Below, piece after piece: positions 54,899 through 64,000 of a stretch of 64,000 nucleotides of DNA. The stretch is from an uncultured virus (IMG/VR IMGVR_UViG_3300008050_000034) (Duplodnaviria > Heunggongvirae > Uroviricota > Caudoviricetes): the IMG/VR virus record IMGVR_UViG_3300008050_000034; one strand, 5' to 3'. The notes beneath the pieces were generated by a model, which saw only the letters and a program-made list of their open reading frames with translations, made no database searches and was not told where the DNA came from. The position numbers were made by a program, and so were the translations under genes. Each line of letters starts with the position of its first letter. Within the stretch, counting starts at the first letter, position 1.

Positions 54899-57369
54899 TG
54901 ACTACGCCTACGATCATCAACCTAAAGCCCGGCGAGTCGGGAAGCTTTACTCCAACAGATCCTGTGTACGTGTCCGTGCGGGACCAAGAGACGCGGCTAC
55001 AGCAGACCGCGTCTCATTTACTGTCTACATTCTCGTTGACCAACTACGTCCCCACGGGACTACCGACCCACTTCTTCGCCGGGTCTACGGTCGACGCAGT
55101 CTTGGATGTGTTTAGTGACGCAGCCCCCGTCTCACGCCCCGAGGCCTTCATTGATCAGTACATCACAGAAGAAGTCCCCTATGACTCAGACGGCGATGGG
55201 GTAGATGATTCCGTATACGGCCCAGTCCTAGTATTGGAGAAGGCGGTAGACGGAGAGGCTGTAGAGAGAGGCACCCTATATGTCTCCGAGTCAGTGACTA
55301 CGGGAACTCCCGTTGGATGCCAGGTTCAGTTCTCCATCCAAGCGTATACGCGAGGAGCCACTTCCTACATGCCCGATGGGGATTTTGTGGGAGTCATGGT
55401 GTCCTTTATTCATTGGCCCGCCAACAGTTCTGTCTCTCTTTTCTTTACTGAAGATGGAGGAGGAAACAGAGGAATCACTGTCTCCGGGCCGGCGCAAGAC
55501 GCGGCTGGAGCAGTTCGCACTTCTAGTAATCACGCCTTTGACTGGGCAGACCACGCCCCGGGAGCGCCCTTTAGCTACAGAGTGGTCTGGGATGACTCCG
55601 GCCACACTAATAAAGTCTACGTACTGGTTACAGACGAGAGTACCTCGGAAGAGACTCTTCTCTGGGAAGAGTCGATCGGCTCCATGGGAACTCTGCTGGC
55701 GAGCGCCCGTATGGGCTCATACTATTCAGAGGCCTCCCCTAATAGCGTGACGGGGGTTGTAGGAATAGACTCCGGGCAGATGGGAGACTTCATAGAGGTC
55801 CATGGCGTTAACGTAGAGACTTTTGGAGTTCCTCTCCTCTCCTCAGGCTACGGAACAGTCTCATCTCTGGTAGAGAGAACCACCTCAGACTCTACTGTAG
55901 TCGCAGGCTACGAGGATACGGTTGCCTGGGACCGGAGCCAAGTAGAGAACAAGGTTACGGATCAGGAGACTTACTTTCAGATAGAGCAGAGTGACACAGC
56001 TACAACAGGTAACACTTCAATCGGCTGGCAAGAGACGCACTTATCGTCGGAGTCGTTTCTTCTTCTGTTCCAGGGGTCTGTACGATCTTCTCTACATGAG
56101 GGGTCCTTCAGTACGGGGGCAGGACTAGACATCCGAGACGGGACCCAGGTCTGCTCTCTGAGATTCCTAGACGACTTCGACTCAGAGTACATAGGGGTCC
56201 TAAACGGGTCGAATAGAGACACAATTGCAGACTTTGAGTCCTCTACCTTGGGGTGGTCAGACTGCACTCCCGAGCTTCTGCTGATGGGCTCAGGGGATTA
56301 CGCCGGAAGCTCGTTTCTACATGTGTACACTAGCCGAGATGATGATATCGATCCCGGCCTTATGGATAAGGTAGCTCCCTTAATAGAGGTCTCTACCGGA
56401 TACACGGTCTCTGACGGAGTTTACAACGTAGATGACGATTCGGACCCTAGAGTAGATATAGGGTTTGTAGACACGGCAGAGACTTTGCTCCCCTACTCCG
56501 GGACGATGACGATCAGTAAGTTCATCCTCCTTCCGAAGTGTACGTTTTACTACCCCTATCAGGCCGTCACAGAGCCTGAGGCATACGTGGATAGTCCTTG
56601 GGCACTCACAAATAGCTCTTCTTTCGGGGGAATGTATACGACGGTCCTGACGGCAGATGGCGCTACTCGATCCACTCTACTCATATCTCCTACGACGTAC
56701 GACCAGTATTGCTACTACTCTCTGCTGTTCTCCGACTCGGAGTATGTAGCGGGCGAGACAGGAGTCACCGTCCTGGCGAAGTTGCGTGTGAATACCTGGT
56801 GGGATCAGTTCGGAGTATCGGAGTCGGTACGAATCCCAATCTCTCCAGTGATTGCGATAGACACAGGAGACGACCTGTTTATGCAGATGCAGTTCGTACG
56901 GTCTGAATCAGGAGAGAGCTTTGTATACTTCTCTCAAGACGCACAAGACTACTTGGAGGTCCTTAATCAGACGGAATTAGGGGCTAAGATATCTGCGCCA
57001 GTAGACTTCACAGAGACCCACGCATACCAGGTGTCTTACAAGCCAGGTGCGCATATTCGTCTCTATTTAGATTACTCGGATACCCCTTCCATTGACATTC
57101 CTTGGGAGGATAACGATGTAGTCAGTCGGCAGAGCCAGAACTCAAACCTGCTCTCTTCGACCGCAAGTGTTGCGTTTGGGGCAATCGCAGAAGCCAATGT
57201 TACCGATAGCCATCCTGGGGCCATTGGTCTGGATATTGAGCTCGTAGCAGTCTCCCTCGGCAGTGGATTTGACTTCACATGTAACCTAGCTCTCGAACAA
57301 GATGACCTAGAAGACAAGGTCTACGGAGCACAGGCTAACGTCCTTGTAGACGTCACGGATATGGACTGA
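54898..57369 (+). CDS. Large virion structural protein
   Basis: 823 aa, acidic and beta-rich, TAATG coupling. Confidence 0.7.
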   Translation: MTTPTIINLKPGESGSFTPTDPVYVSVRDQETRLQQTASHLLSTFSLTNYVPTGLPTHFFAGSTVDAVLDVFSDAAPVSRPEAFIDQYITEEVPYDSDGDGVDDSVYGPVLVLEKAVDGEAVERGTLYVSESVTTGTPVGCQVQFSIQAYTRGATSYMPDGDFVGVMVSFIHWPANSSVSLFFTEDGGGNRGITVSGPAQDAAGAVRTSSNHAFDWADHAPGAPFSYRVVWDDSGHTNKVYVLVTDESTSEETLLWEESIGSMGTLLASARMGSYYSEASPNSVTGVVGIDSGQMGDFIEVHGVNVETFGVPLLSSGYGTVSSLVERTTSDSTVVAGYEDTVAWDRSQVENKVTDQETYFQIEQSDTATTGNTSIGWQETHLSSESFLLLFQGSVRSSLHEGSFSTGAGLDIRDGTQVCSLRFLDDFDSEYIGVLNGSNRDTIADFESSTLGWSDCTPELLLMGSGDYAGSSFLHVYTSRDDDIDPGLMDKVAPLIEVSTGYTVSDGVYNVDDDSDPRVDIGFVDTAETLLPYSGTMTISKFILLPKCTFYYPYQAVTEPEAYVDSPWALTNSSSFGGMYTTVLTADGATRSTLLISPTTYDQYCYYSLLFSDSEYVAGETGVTVLAKLRVNTWWDQFGVSESVRIPISPVIAIDTGDDLFMQMQFVRSESGESFVYFSQDAQDYLEVLNQTELGAKISAPVDFTETHAYQVSYKPGAHIRLYLDYSDTPSIDIPWEDNDVVSRQSQNSNLLSSTASVAFGAIAEANVTDSHPGAIGLDIELVAVSLGSGFDFTCNLALEQDDLEDKVYGAQANVLVDVTDMD

Positions 57370-60300
57370 TGCCTACTAGACACATACAGACCCATAGATT
57401 CGCAGTTGACGAGTTCAAGGCTCGCCCTGAGGCGAAGATTGTCCCGGAGGAGGCCACCAGTATCTTGGGGGCATCAATCACTTTCAGCGCAGCAGCGTCT
57501 ACTGTAGAGGAAGAAAGTGGGGAAGGCCTTACCTATGAGTGGGGCTTATCTGCTCCGGACGGGTCAGCACTACCGGGGGTGACGCTGGTTGAGGATGACG
57601 GCTCGGTAGTTAGGATCGATGGAGACGTTACAGGTACCTATATCCTGACGCTTAAGGTGTATAACGGAGGAGTAGCAAGTGATGCCGTTACTGCGGCAGC
57701 ATTCTTCTCCCCAGTCATTGTTCCTGCCGTAAAGAGACTGGCCTCCGATGGCCGTTTCATGTTCCGAGTGCTTTCTAACTTCTGGTCACTTGTAAACGAC
57801 AAAGAAGTATTTCCCGTACTGTGGTCTTCCTACTCTCAGGCAGTCGCTTCGGACTTACTCCAGGCTTTGCAAATCGACAGAGCCAAGTCCATTAGGACGA
57901 TTCAGCCGCTGTACCAGAAGAGATGGATTGCATATAAGCCCGGCCTGGACATAGATCCGGCCCAAACAACGATGATCCTAGGGAATCATCAGAGCGGGGG
58001 CGGAGCATTTACGGGGGATATCACATTCGTAGACGCCGGCATCTTAGTGTCTCCGACAGAGTTTGTCCTATTGACTGCGACTACCTCCAAGGCAGTGGGG
58101 TCCACCCTTACCTTGTTTGAAGGGGACAATATTGGAGAGTACCTAATCAATCGGCTCAACTCGTCTGGAGATGGGTACATAGTATCTTCGTCTGATCCGT
58201 TCCCCAACTATGCCGGCGACATCGTAGTCTCTGGCTCTACTTTGGTATATCCCTCTACGCTGTCTAGTCTGGTGTACTCAACTACTGTTGACTTTACTGC
58301 AGCCAATGTCGAAGCAGGAGACGTACTTCGAATCGACGAGGGAGGGAACACCGGCTACTACACTATTTCAAAAGTAGGAACTGCAGACGGCCTCTCCTCC
58401 GACTTCTACCTGGAGTTGGAGACTTCTCCAGTCTCTACGGCCTCGGACATCAAGTTCACCGTCTTTAGTGCTGTGCGGGCGAGTTACCTCAAGGACGACA
58501 ATGCCTTAACAAATACAGTTTATATTCCTCAGGACGAGGCCGACCTAGACGCATACTCCCTCACCGCCCTGTCCTCAACAGGTGGTGAGATTAAGTCTAA
58601 TTTTGAGATATCAGTCGTACCTCACCACGTTATTGAATCTTCCCTGGGGGCTGAGATCTCCATCAAGACGGGGGCTCGAGCAGGTACGACAGCAACCATC
58701 GCGGACTTTAATGAGTCCATGACGGGATTCATTGTATCGGTCGATCTAGGGAGTGATTCTCTGCCAGAGGAAGTCTCTTACGAGATCACTATTAACTCTG
58801 ACGTCTCTAATCGTCTTCTGATCCTAGATGGAGAAGCCCATAGGATAGCGGGATACGAGCTCCTAGAGGGACTCCCATCTGTAGAAGAGGGCGGGCGTGG
58901 GAATCTGTGGGCCGTCATCTTAGAGGATTCGACTGCCCCCTCGAAGAGGGAAGGCATTGAGTGGCGAATTGGGTCTACTGTTACTTCGGATGAGTTTGAG
59001 GACTTCGAGGCCTACGGGGTCCGGGATGGGGACTTGCTGGAGCTACAAGTATTTCGGCCCGATGTGGACGCTACCGGCACGCTATACGCAAGGATCACTG
59101 GTGCCTCCGAGAATGAGTTCTCTTTTGAGATAGGAACAGATGATCTGGTCTTCGGAGTACCGGGCAATGCCACGGTGTTTGGGGAGCCGTCTGCCAAGAC
59201 CCTAGTGACCTTCAGTGAAGACTTGTCGGTGCCCACAGTTACAGAGTCTTCTGTGACCTCGGATCCCATCTTTACCTCTACCGCTATCGATATCAGGTCT
59301 TTCGTCTACTCCACTTCCTTCACGGCCCAGTTCTTTAATATCCCCATAGAGAGCACTACTAGGCTGAACATTGATTCTTATTTCGATATTCAGTTGAAGC
59401 CCAATAGGATCATCCGTAATTCGAGAGTGGCTCTGGACCCGGAAAGGGAGTACGAGGACTCTCCCGTATATTCTATCCCGGCCCTATACGAGTATATCTC
59501 TCCAGAGCAAGTATCTAAGCTAGACACGGGAGAGTACCAGGTAGCGACCGCAGATATGTTTCTCTTGAGTAGAGAGACAGAGCCTGTTGGTCTTGTAGAA
59601 AATGGGGACTATACCGTAGCTAGAACTGAGCTCTCCGGAGCTGCGGGAGGGACGTCTCCGGGGGCAGCCTCTATCTTTGTTGGGGACACCGATCTAGTAG
59701 CAAATGATGTTCGTCCGGGAGACGTGATAGTCCTTGAGTCAGGGATGAGTCAGGGATCCTATCCGATCTCTGCCATTATATCCTCGAACAGCCTACGAGT
59801 AGGCGGGAGAGATGTGGACGCCAGTCTGCCAATAGCAGATGAGGCGGGAATTATATACAGGATTGAGCGCAGAGTAGACGGGAACTTTATCCGGTTTATG
59901 CGAGAGTTCACTCCCAAGACTCCAGCCCCGGAGACCCTTTGGGCCCCTCTAACGCTCATAGATAACTTCAAGTACATCGAAGACAACTTCGGAGTCTTGG
60001 TAGGAGTAACTAAGGCGGAACTGGATGAGTTCGGGACTACCCAGGTCTCCTTTAAGGCCGCTATATCCGGACTCATGTATGCCTGGTCCCGGGGACCGAC
60101 ATTCCGATCGGCGGAGATCGGTGCCCATATTCTCTTGGATCTTCCTGTTACGGAGATGCGTGGAGAGATCCTAGAAATTGACCATGAGTATTCCGATGGA
60201 AAGGGGCGGGTTCTTCTAGAGGATGTAACCGCAGATGGAATAGGAAAAGGCATCTACCGGACTTATCTCTTTACTAGAGATGACCAATACAACGTAGAGC

Positions 60301-62573
60301 AGTTTAATGGACTAGGGATAAACCCAAGTACGGGTGCACAATTCCAGGAAGGAGATGTAGTCGAAAGGTACATCCCTCTGTCCAATAGTGTGGTCATCAG
60401 TGACAGAATAAAGGACCCGTTCTGGTGGAATGCCTATGCAGAAGTTCCAGGGTCTGATGAGCTGCAGAAGTACCATACCTGGCAGGCAGAGTTTGATCTC
60501 AAGGCTGTAGACTCTCGCGATGTCCCCCTTGCGGCGGACTTCCTGATGAAGATCCGCCCGATCTACACGAAGCCTAAGATTGTCGGAGTACTGGCACTAC
60601 TGGATGAAGTAATTGTAGAAGACGACTTCTATCTGGACCTAGATCTGTTTCTCTACGACGACCCCGCATTTAGTCGAGAATCTGCCCACATGGTGGATTC
60701 GATGAATGACAGCGGAGCCAGTACTCGAATTTTGGACATGAGCTCCTACGGCACTCGTACCTTCTTCCGTGGAGACGATCTGTCGGTGGAGGCTCTAGAT
60801 GAGCAAACTGAGGTCGTTGGGATCGGAGCACTCAGTACTACTACATTCGAGGCCACCCTGTCGGATGCCGGCTACGAGGGGTACCACAGCGTAAGTTGGG
60901 TGCACTCTGGTGGAGACTTTGTAGCTTCCGACGAAGGAGGAATCTTCGCTTCCGCTGACGACGTGTCCATGTCAGGGACGGTGGATTACCTCACGGGAGA
61001 GATTACTCTAGATCTGGGATCTTCCATTCCAGACGTAGATACTGAGATAACGATCACCTACCTACCGGCAGCAAAAGTGGTCTCTGAGCGTGGAGGTTTC
61101 GTTAAAGGGACCGAAATGGACGGGAAGTATGAGCTTCCGTACATCAACTCATACTTCCAAGACCCTGTAGAAGTTCTAACTGAAGAGGGAGTTCGGGAGG
61201 GAGATGTCCTTTTCGTAACCACAGGAAGGAACCGAGGCAGGTTCGTTATTTCTTCTGTGATTTCAGACACAGAGCTGAGAATTCTAGAATACGCAGGTGC
61301 CCCTCCCAGGGGAGTGCCAATTACTCATATCCGTAGTGATGAGAATGCCGGCTTTCATATCCAGCGAAGGCAGGCACACGTCATTATGGGCGGAGAGGGA
61401 CTGACCACTACCGCAGGAAGTAACCTCGTCCAGTTGGAAGGAGGGACATTCAGATCTTCCGGAGTGACGACTCAAGACGTCCTGCGGATCAGCCACACTA
61501 CTGGAGAACAGGAAGTGGCGGATATTGCAGAGCTAGGCGAGTACGATCCTGTTTCTCTGACCTTTGGAGAAGATGTAGAGACAAAACTGACCCTGGTGAG
61601 TCCCTTGACGGTAACGGACGAGGGAGCCTCGTTTGAGATCCTCCGCTATGCATTGAACGAGAACCCTGTGCTCACGGGAGAGGGAGATGTCAGTGCGGGA
61701 GGAAACTACATAGACGTTAATGAGGACATCTCTGTAGAGCCGGTCTTCCCCGGAGACCGCCTACTAGCGGTCGATGGTGATGACTCCGGGAAGTACTTCG
61801 AAGTCATCGGAGTCTCTCCCTACGAGGAGTTTACAGCGGGCAACACCCGTATCTTCGTAGAGAGGCCCTTTTCCTCCTTTGTGGACCCTATTCTGTTCCA
61901 GGTAGTACATCGTTCGTTCGAAGAGGACGAAGAAGATAGTGACTATCGACTCGAGCGGCTGCATGCATACGATGCTGTCGACATCGATATCTACAGGCCA
62001 GTAACTACGGTCCTGGCTTCTACTGACTTTGTATTGAGTGATGATGAGGGGACCCCGATGCCTCTCGCGATAGCTACGCACGGCTCCGGGACAGACCTCG
62101 CTACCCTGGGAGTGGAGATAGGAATGTGGCTGGAAGTCGAAGTGGTCGATGATGGAGGGATCCCGGCTGAGACGACCAGTACCTCTCACGGCATTTACGA
62201 AATCGTCGACCTCATAAACGCCCCATCAGATAATGACACCGTAGTAGTGTCTAGCTACTTCCCAGGAGTGATAGGATCGTGGTCAGGAAGTGCCCCAGTG
62301 ACGGAGATTTCTCCGTGTAGGGTGCTTACCGCAGACCCCAACTTTCAAGTTACGGGAGATACTGTTACTTTAGTAAGCCCTGTACTAGACTCCTCAGCAG
62401 GAGCCACGACCTTGGAAGCAATTGGGGTCCGGCCCGGGGATCAGATTGAGATAGAGTCATTTGATTCCCCGATTACGATTATTTCCGTCTCCGGGTCTAC
62501 TCTCACTCTGGTATTAGATACTGGTCTGGCAGAGGCTAAAACAGGTAGAATCTTCCGGCGAGAGAGACCATGA
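57369..62573 (+). CDS. Large baseplate-associated structural protein
   Basis: 1734 aa; PKD-like N-terminus; repeated GD.L.I..G...G.Y.I modules. Confidence 0.7.
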   Translation: MPTRHIQTHRFAVDEFKARPEAKIVPEEATSILGASITFSAAASTVEEESGEGLTYEWGLSAPDGSALPGVTLVEDDGSVVRIDGDVTGTYILTLKVYNGGVASDAVTAAAFFSPVIVPAVKRLASDGRFMFRVLSNFWSLVNDKEVFPVLWSSYSQAVASDLLQALQIDRAKSIRTIQPLYQKRWIAYKPGLDIDPAQTTMILGNHQSGGGAFTGDITFVDAGILVSPTEFVLLTATTSKAVGSTLTLFEGDNIGEYLINRLNSSGDGYIVSSSDPFPNYAGDIVVSGSTLVYPSTLSSLVYSTTVDFTAANVEAGDVLRIDEGGNTGYYTISKVGTADGLSSDFYLELETSPVSTASDIKFTVFSAVRASYLKDDNALTNTVYIPQDEADLDAYSLTALSSTGGEIKSNFEISVVPHHVIESSLGAEISIKTGARAGTTATIADFNESMTGFIVSVDLGSDSLPEEVSYEITINSDVSNRLLILDGEAHRIAGYELLEGLPSVEEGGRGNLWAVILEDSTAPSKREGIEWRIGSTVTSDEFEDFEAYGVRDGDLLELQVFRPDVDATGTLYARITGASENEFSFEIGTDDLVFGVPGNATVFGEPSAKTLVTFSEDLSVPTVTESSVTSDPIFTSTAIDIRSFVYSTSFTAQFFNIPIESTTRLNIDSYFDIQLKPNRIIRNSRVALDPEREYEDSPVYSIPALYEYISPEQVSKLDTGEYQVATADMFLLSRETEPVGLVENGDYTVARTELSGAAGGTSPGAASIFVGDTDLVANDVRPGDVIVLESGMSQGSYPISAIISSNSLRVGGRDVDASLPIADEAGIIYRIERRVDGNFIRFMREFTPKTPAPETLWAPLTLIDNFKYIEDNFGVLVGVTKAELDEFGTTQVSFKAAISGLMYAWSRGPTFRSAEIGAHILLDLPVTEMRGEILEIDHEYSDGKGRVLLEDVTADGIGKGIYRTYLFTRDDQYNVEQFNGLGINPSTGAQFQEGDVVERYIPLSNSVVISDRIKDPFWWNAYAEVPGSDELQKYHTWQAEFDLKAVDSRDVPLAADFLMKIRPIYTKPKIVGVLALLDEVIVEDDFYLDLDLFLYDDPAFSRESAHMVDSMNDSGASTRILDMSSYGTRTFFRGDDLSVEALDEQTEVVGIGALSTTTFEATLSDAGYEGYHSVSWVHSGGDFVASDEGGIFASADDVSMSGTVDYLTGEITLDLGSSIPDVDTEITITYLPAAKVVSERGGFVKGTEMDGKYELPYINSYFQDPVEVLTEEGVREGDVLFVTTGRNRGRFVISSVISDTELRILEYAGAPPRGVPITHIRSDENAGFHIQRRQAHVIMGGEGLTTTAGSNLVQLEGGTFRSSGVTTQDVLRISHTTGEQEVADIAELGEYDPVSLTFGEDVETKLTLVSPLTVTDEGASFEILRYALNENPVLTGEGDVSAGGNYIDVNEDISVEPVFPGDRLLAVDGDDSGKYFEVIGVSPYEEFTAGNTRIFVERPFSSFVDPILFQVVHRSFEEDEEDSDYRLERLHAYDAVDIDIYRPVTTVLASTDFVLSDDEGTPMPLAIATHGSGTDLATLGVEIGMWLEVEVVDDGGIPAETTSTSHGIYEIVDLINAPSDNDTVVVSSYFPGVIGSWSGSAPVTEISPCRVLTADPNFQVTGDTVTLVSPVLDSSAGATTLEAIGVRPGDQIEIESFDSPITIISVSGSTLTLVLDTGLAEAKTGRIFRRERP

Positions 62574-62755
62574 AGTCCATAAAAGATATAGCCAAAATCA
62601 AAGATAAGATCTCAGTCCTAGGCGGATTAAGGGGAGAGAAGCGCGGAGGTCTGCGCTCTAAGGACGGGAAGCCCGTCGACCCTCAAACTATTGCCAGGGC
62701 CTTTGGGGTTGATATAGAGAGGGCTAAGCGAATTAGCAGGAGATTGTCACTATGA
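62570..62755 (+). CDS. Small basic hypothetical protein
   Basis: ATGA overlaps on both sides. Confidence 0.6.
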   Translation: MKSIKDIAKIKDKISVLGGLRGEKRGGLRSKDGKPVDPQTIARAFGVDIERAKRISRRLSL

Positions 62756-63369
62756 TTCCTATACATAAACTCTTGCGATGGTTCAGTCCCGACGTAGTAG
62801 AAGACCACAAGTCTGCTGCAGCGATTCAGGGGTTCTTCCAGGCTGAGACCAGAGAAAGAGGAAAGATCGTTTCCAGGACAGAAGGAAACAACATTTGGAC
62901 GCTCACAGGTAGAGAGTACCTGGCCGAGCTAATTGCGCTCCGGGCCAGCAGCCCAAGGGCGACATTTAGAGACGATAGGGTTGCGTACATTGGTCTCGGG
63001 TCCGGGTCTCAGGCAGAGGTGGCCAACATCAGCTCACTAGTGGACCCTATTCCTTACTCTCCCGGAGAGTTTTTAGCTCCTACTGCCACTCCCGCAACCT
63101 TCCCTGCCTCCGCTACTACTTCTACCAAGACTGCCGTTAGATTCATTCGTGAGTACGGCCTGTCGGAGATTAGCCTGGGGTATGATGTAGTCTTGACGGA
63201 GGCTGGCCTTTTCACCGATGGAAACCCCGACGATGACTGGGCACTTACGGCCCTGACAGGATTGGATTCATCAGGAGATAGAGCTCCCGTGGCTTACAAG
63301 ACTTACGAACCCATTACTAAGACTACTCAGTTTACCCTTCGAGTAATCTGGGAGGTCCGATTCATATGA
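62752..63369 (+). CDS. Putative tail fiber-collar/baseplate protein
   Basis: N.WT..GR.YLA, YIGLGSG, LTEAGLF, PITKT..FTL.VIW: tail-collar-like pattern. Confidence 0.55.
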   Translation: MIPIHKLLRWFSPDVVEDHKSAAAIQGFFQAETRERGKIVSRTEGNNIWTLTGREYLAELIALRASSPRATFRDDRVAYIGLGSGSQAEVANISSLVDPIPYSPGEFLAPTATPATFPASATTSTKTAVRFIREYGLSEISLGYDVVLTEAGLFTDGNPDDDWALTALTGLDSSGDRAPVAYKTYEPITKTTQFTLRVIWEVRFI

Positions 63370-64000
63370 GTCAATTTAAACGCCGACCATTTATGGCGGG
63401 ACATACTGACGTATTCATCCTGTCACAGCCGTATATCTCCGGAACAGAGCACATCAACTCTGACGGAGAGCTGGATAGTATCGTTGCGCTTACTGCGCCA
63501 TTTACTCTCGAGCTGTCTGTAGAGACGGAAGCAGGTAATGCTGACGTCCAGTGGACGGATGCAGATACCCTGACTTTGGCCCAGATGGTCGAAGATATCA
63601 ACGGCTCTGCCCTCTCCTCCCTCGTCCTGGCCGAAGACTTTGAAGGATGCCTCCGACTATCGAGCTTGGGCTCCGGATACGTCTCCTCTGCCGGGTCTAA
63701 TGCCTACATAAAAATCGTTCCTAATTCTTCAGGGGCTACGTTCATTGATGCGGCTGAGCTGTTTGGGTTTCCTCGAGACCCCCACCCTCACTCAATAGTT
63801 ACCGCAGGAGACCTAGCCTCTGCCCCAGTAAGGCCCCTTACTCAGGTCAACCGACCAGGCGTCTCCTACATTGCTCGAGGAGAGGATAGGGTCTCTCAAA
63901 ACTTCAACCGAGCGCTTCATCAGCTAGGAATAAATGACGATAGCCTGAACACGCGGCTGAAGACCAGAGTACCTATCCCTACCGTTCTTGATCTGGGAGA
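63366..64000 (+). CDS. Structural protein, truncated by window end
   Basis: ATGA overlap; frame begins MSQFKRRPFMAGHTDVFIL and appears to run off the end. Confidence 0.6.
   Translation, partial: MSQFKRRPFMAGHTDVFILSQPYISGTEHINSDGELDSIVALTAPFTLELSVETEAGNADVQWTDADTLTLAQMVEDINGSALSSLVLAEDFEGCLRLSSLGSGYVSSAGSNAYIKIVPNSSGATFIDAAELFGFPRDPHPHSIVTAGDLASAPVRPLTQVNRPGVSYIARGEDRVSQNFNRALHQLGINDDSLNTRLKTRVPIPTVLDLG

Noticed and set aside
25645..62189. Numerous minus-strand ORFs within the structural module
   Set aside because: Antisense shadows of long, tightly coupled + strand genes.
1..64000. CRISPR array or GGY-NN periodic array
   Set aside because: None seen by eye in any intergenic region of this window.
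1..64000. Stop-codon reassignment (seen in some large phages)
   Set aside because: Very long ORFs are intact in the standard code, TAA, TAG and TGA all end genes, and there is no suppressor tRNA.

Overview
This window is most likely part of a large (jumbo-type, probably contractile-tailed) bacteriophage genome of moderate GC, read in the standard genetic code. Positions 1-25.5 kb are an accessory/regulatory region of short genes on both strands. It holds six tRNAs, all with U34 anticodons, plus genes for an SNase-like nuclease, GroES, a WGR-ATP-dependent DNA ligase, a permuted NlpC/P60 protein, and a tail assembly chaperone pair with a G GGA AAT -1 frameshift. Positions 25.5-64 kb are a + strand virion module: tape measure, baseplate hub with an inserted M15 peptidase, a phage sigma factor, a large repeat-containing protein and very large baseplate proteins. 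The most striking part is the first 3.1 kb, all on the minus strand. It carries (i) a ~620-nt ORF-poor, highly structured RNA with its own promoter and closing hairpin, GNRA tetraloops and 2-3 loop-loop (kissing) complementarities; (ii) a gene truncated by the window edge and missing from the ORF track, which looks like a stand-alone Cas7/RAMP-fold protein; and (iii) a Csx16-like putative ring nuclease. No CRISPR array is visible. A recurrent sigma28-like promoter motif (YAAW-N14-16-GNCATAA) precedes most minus-strand units. All family assignments come from motif recognition by eye; no searches were run.
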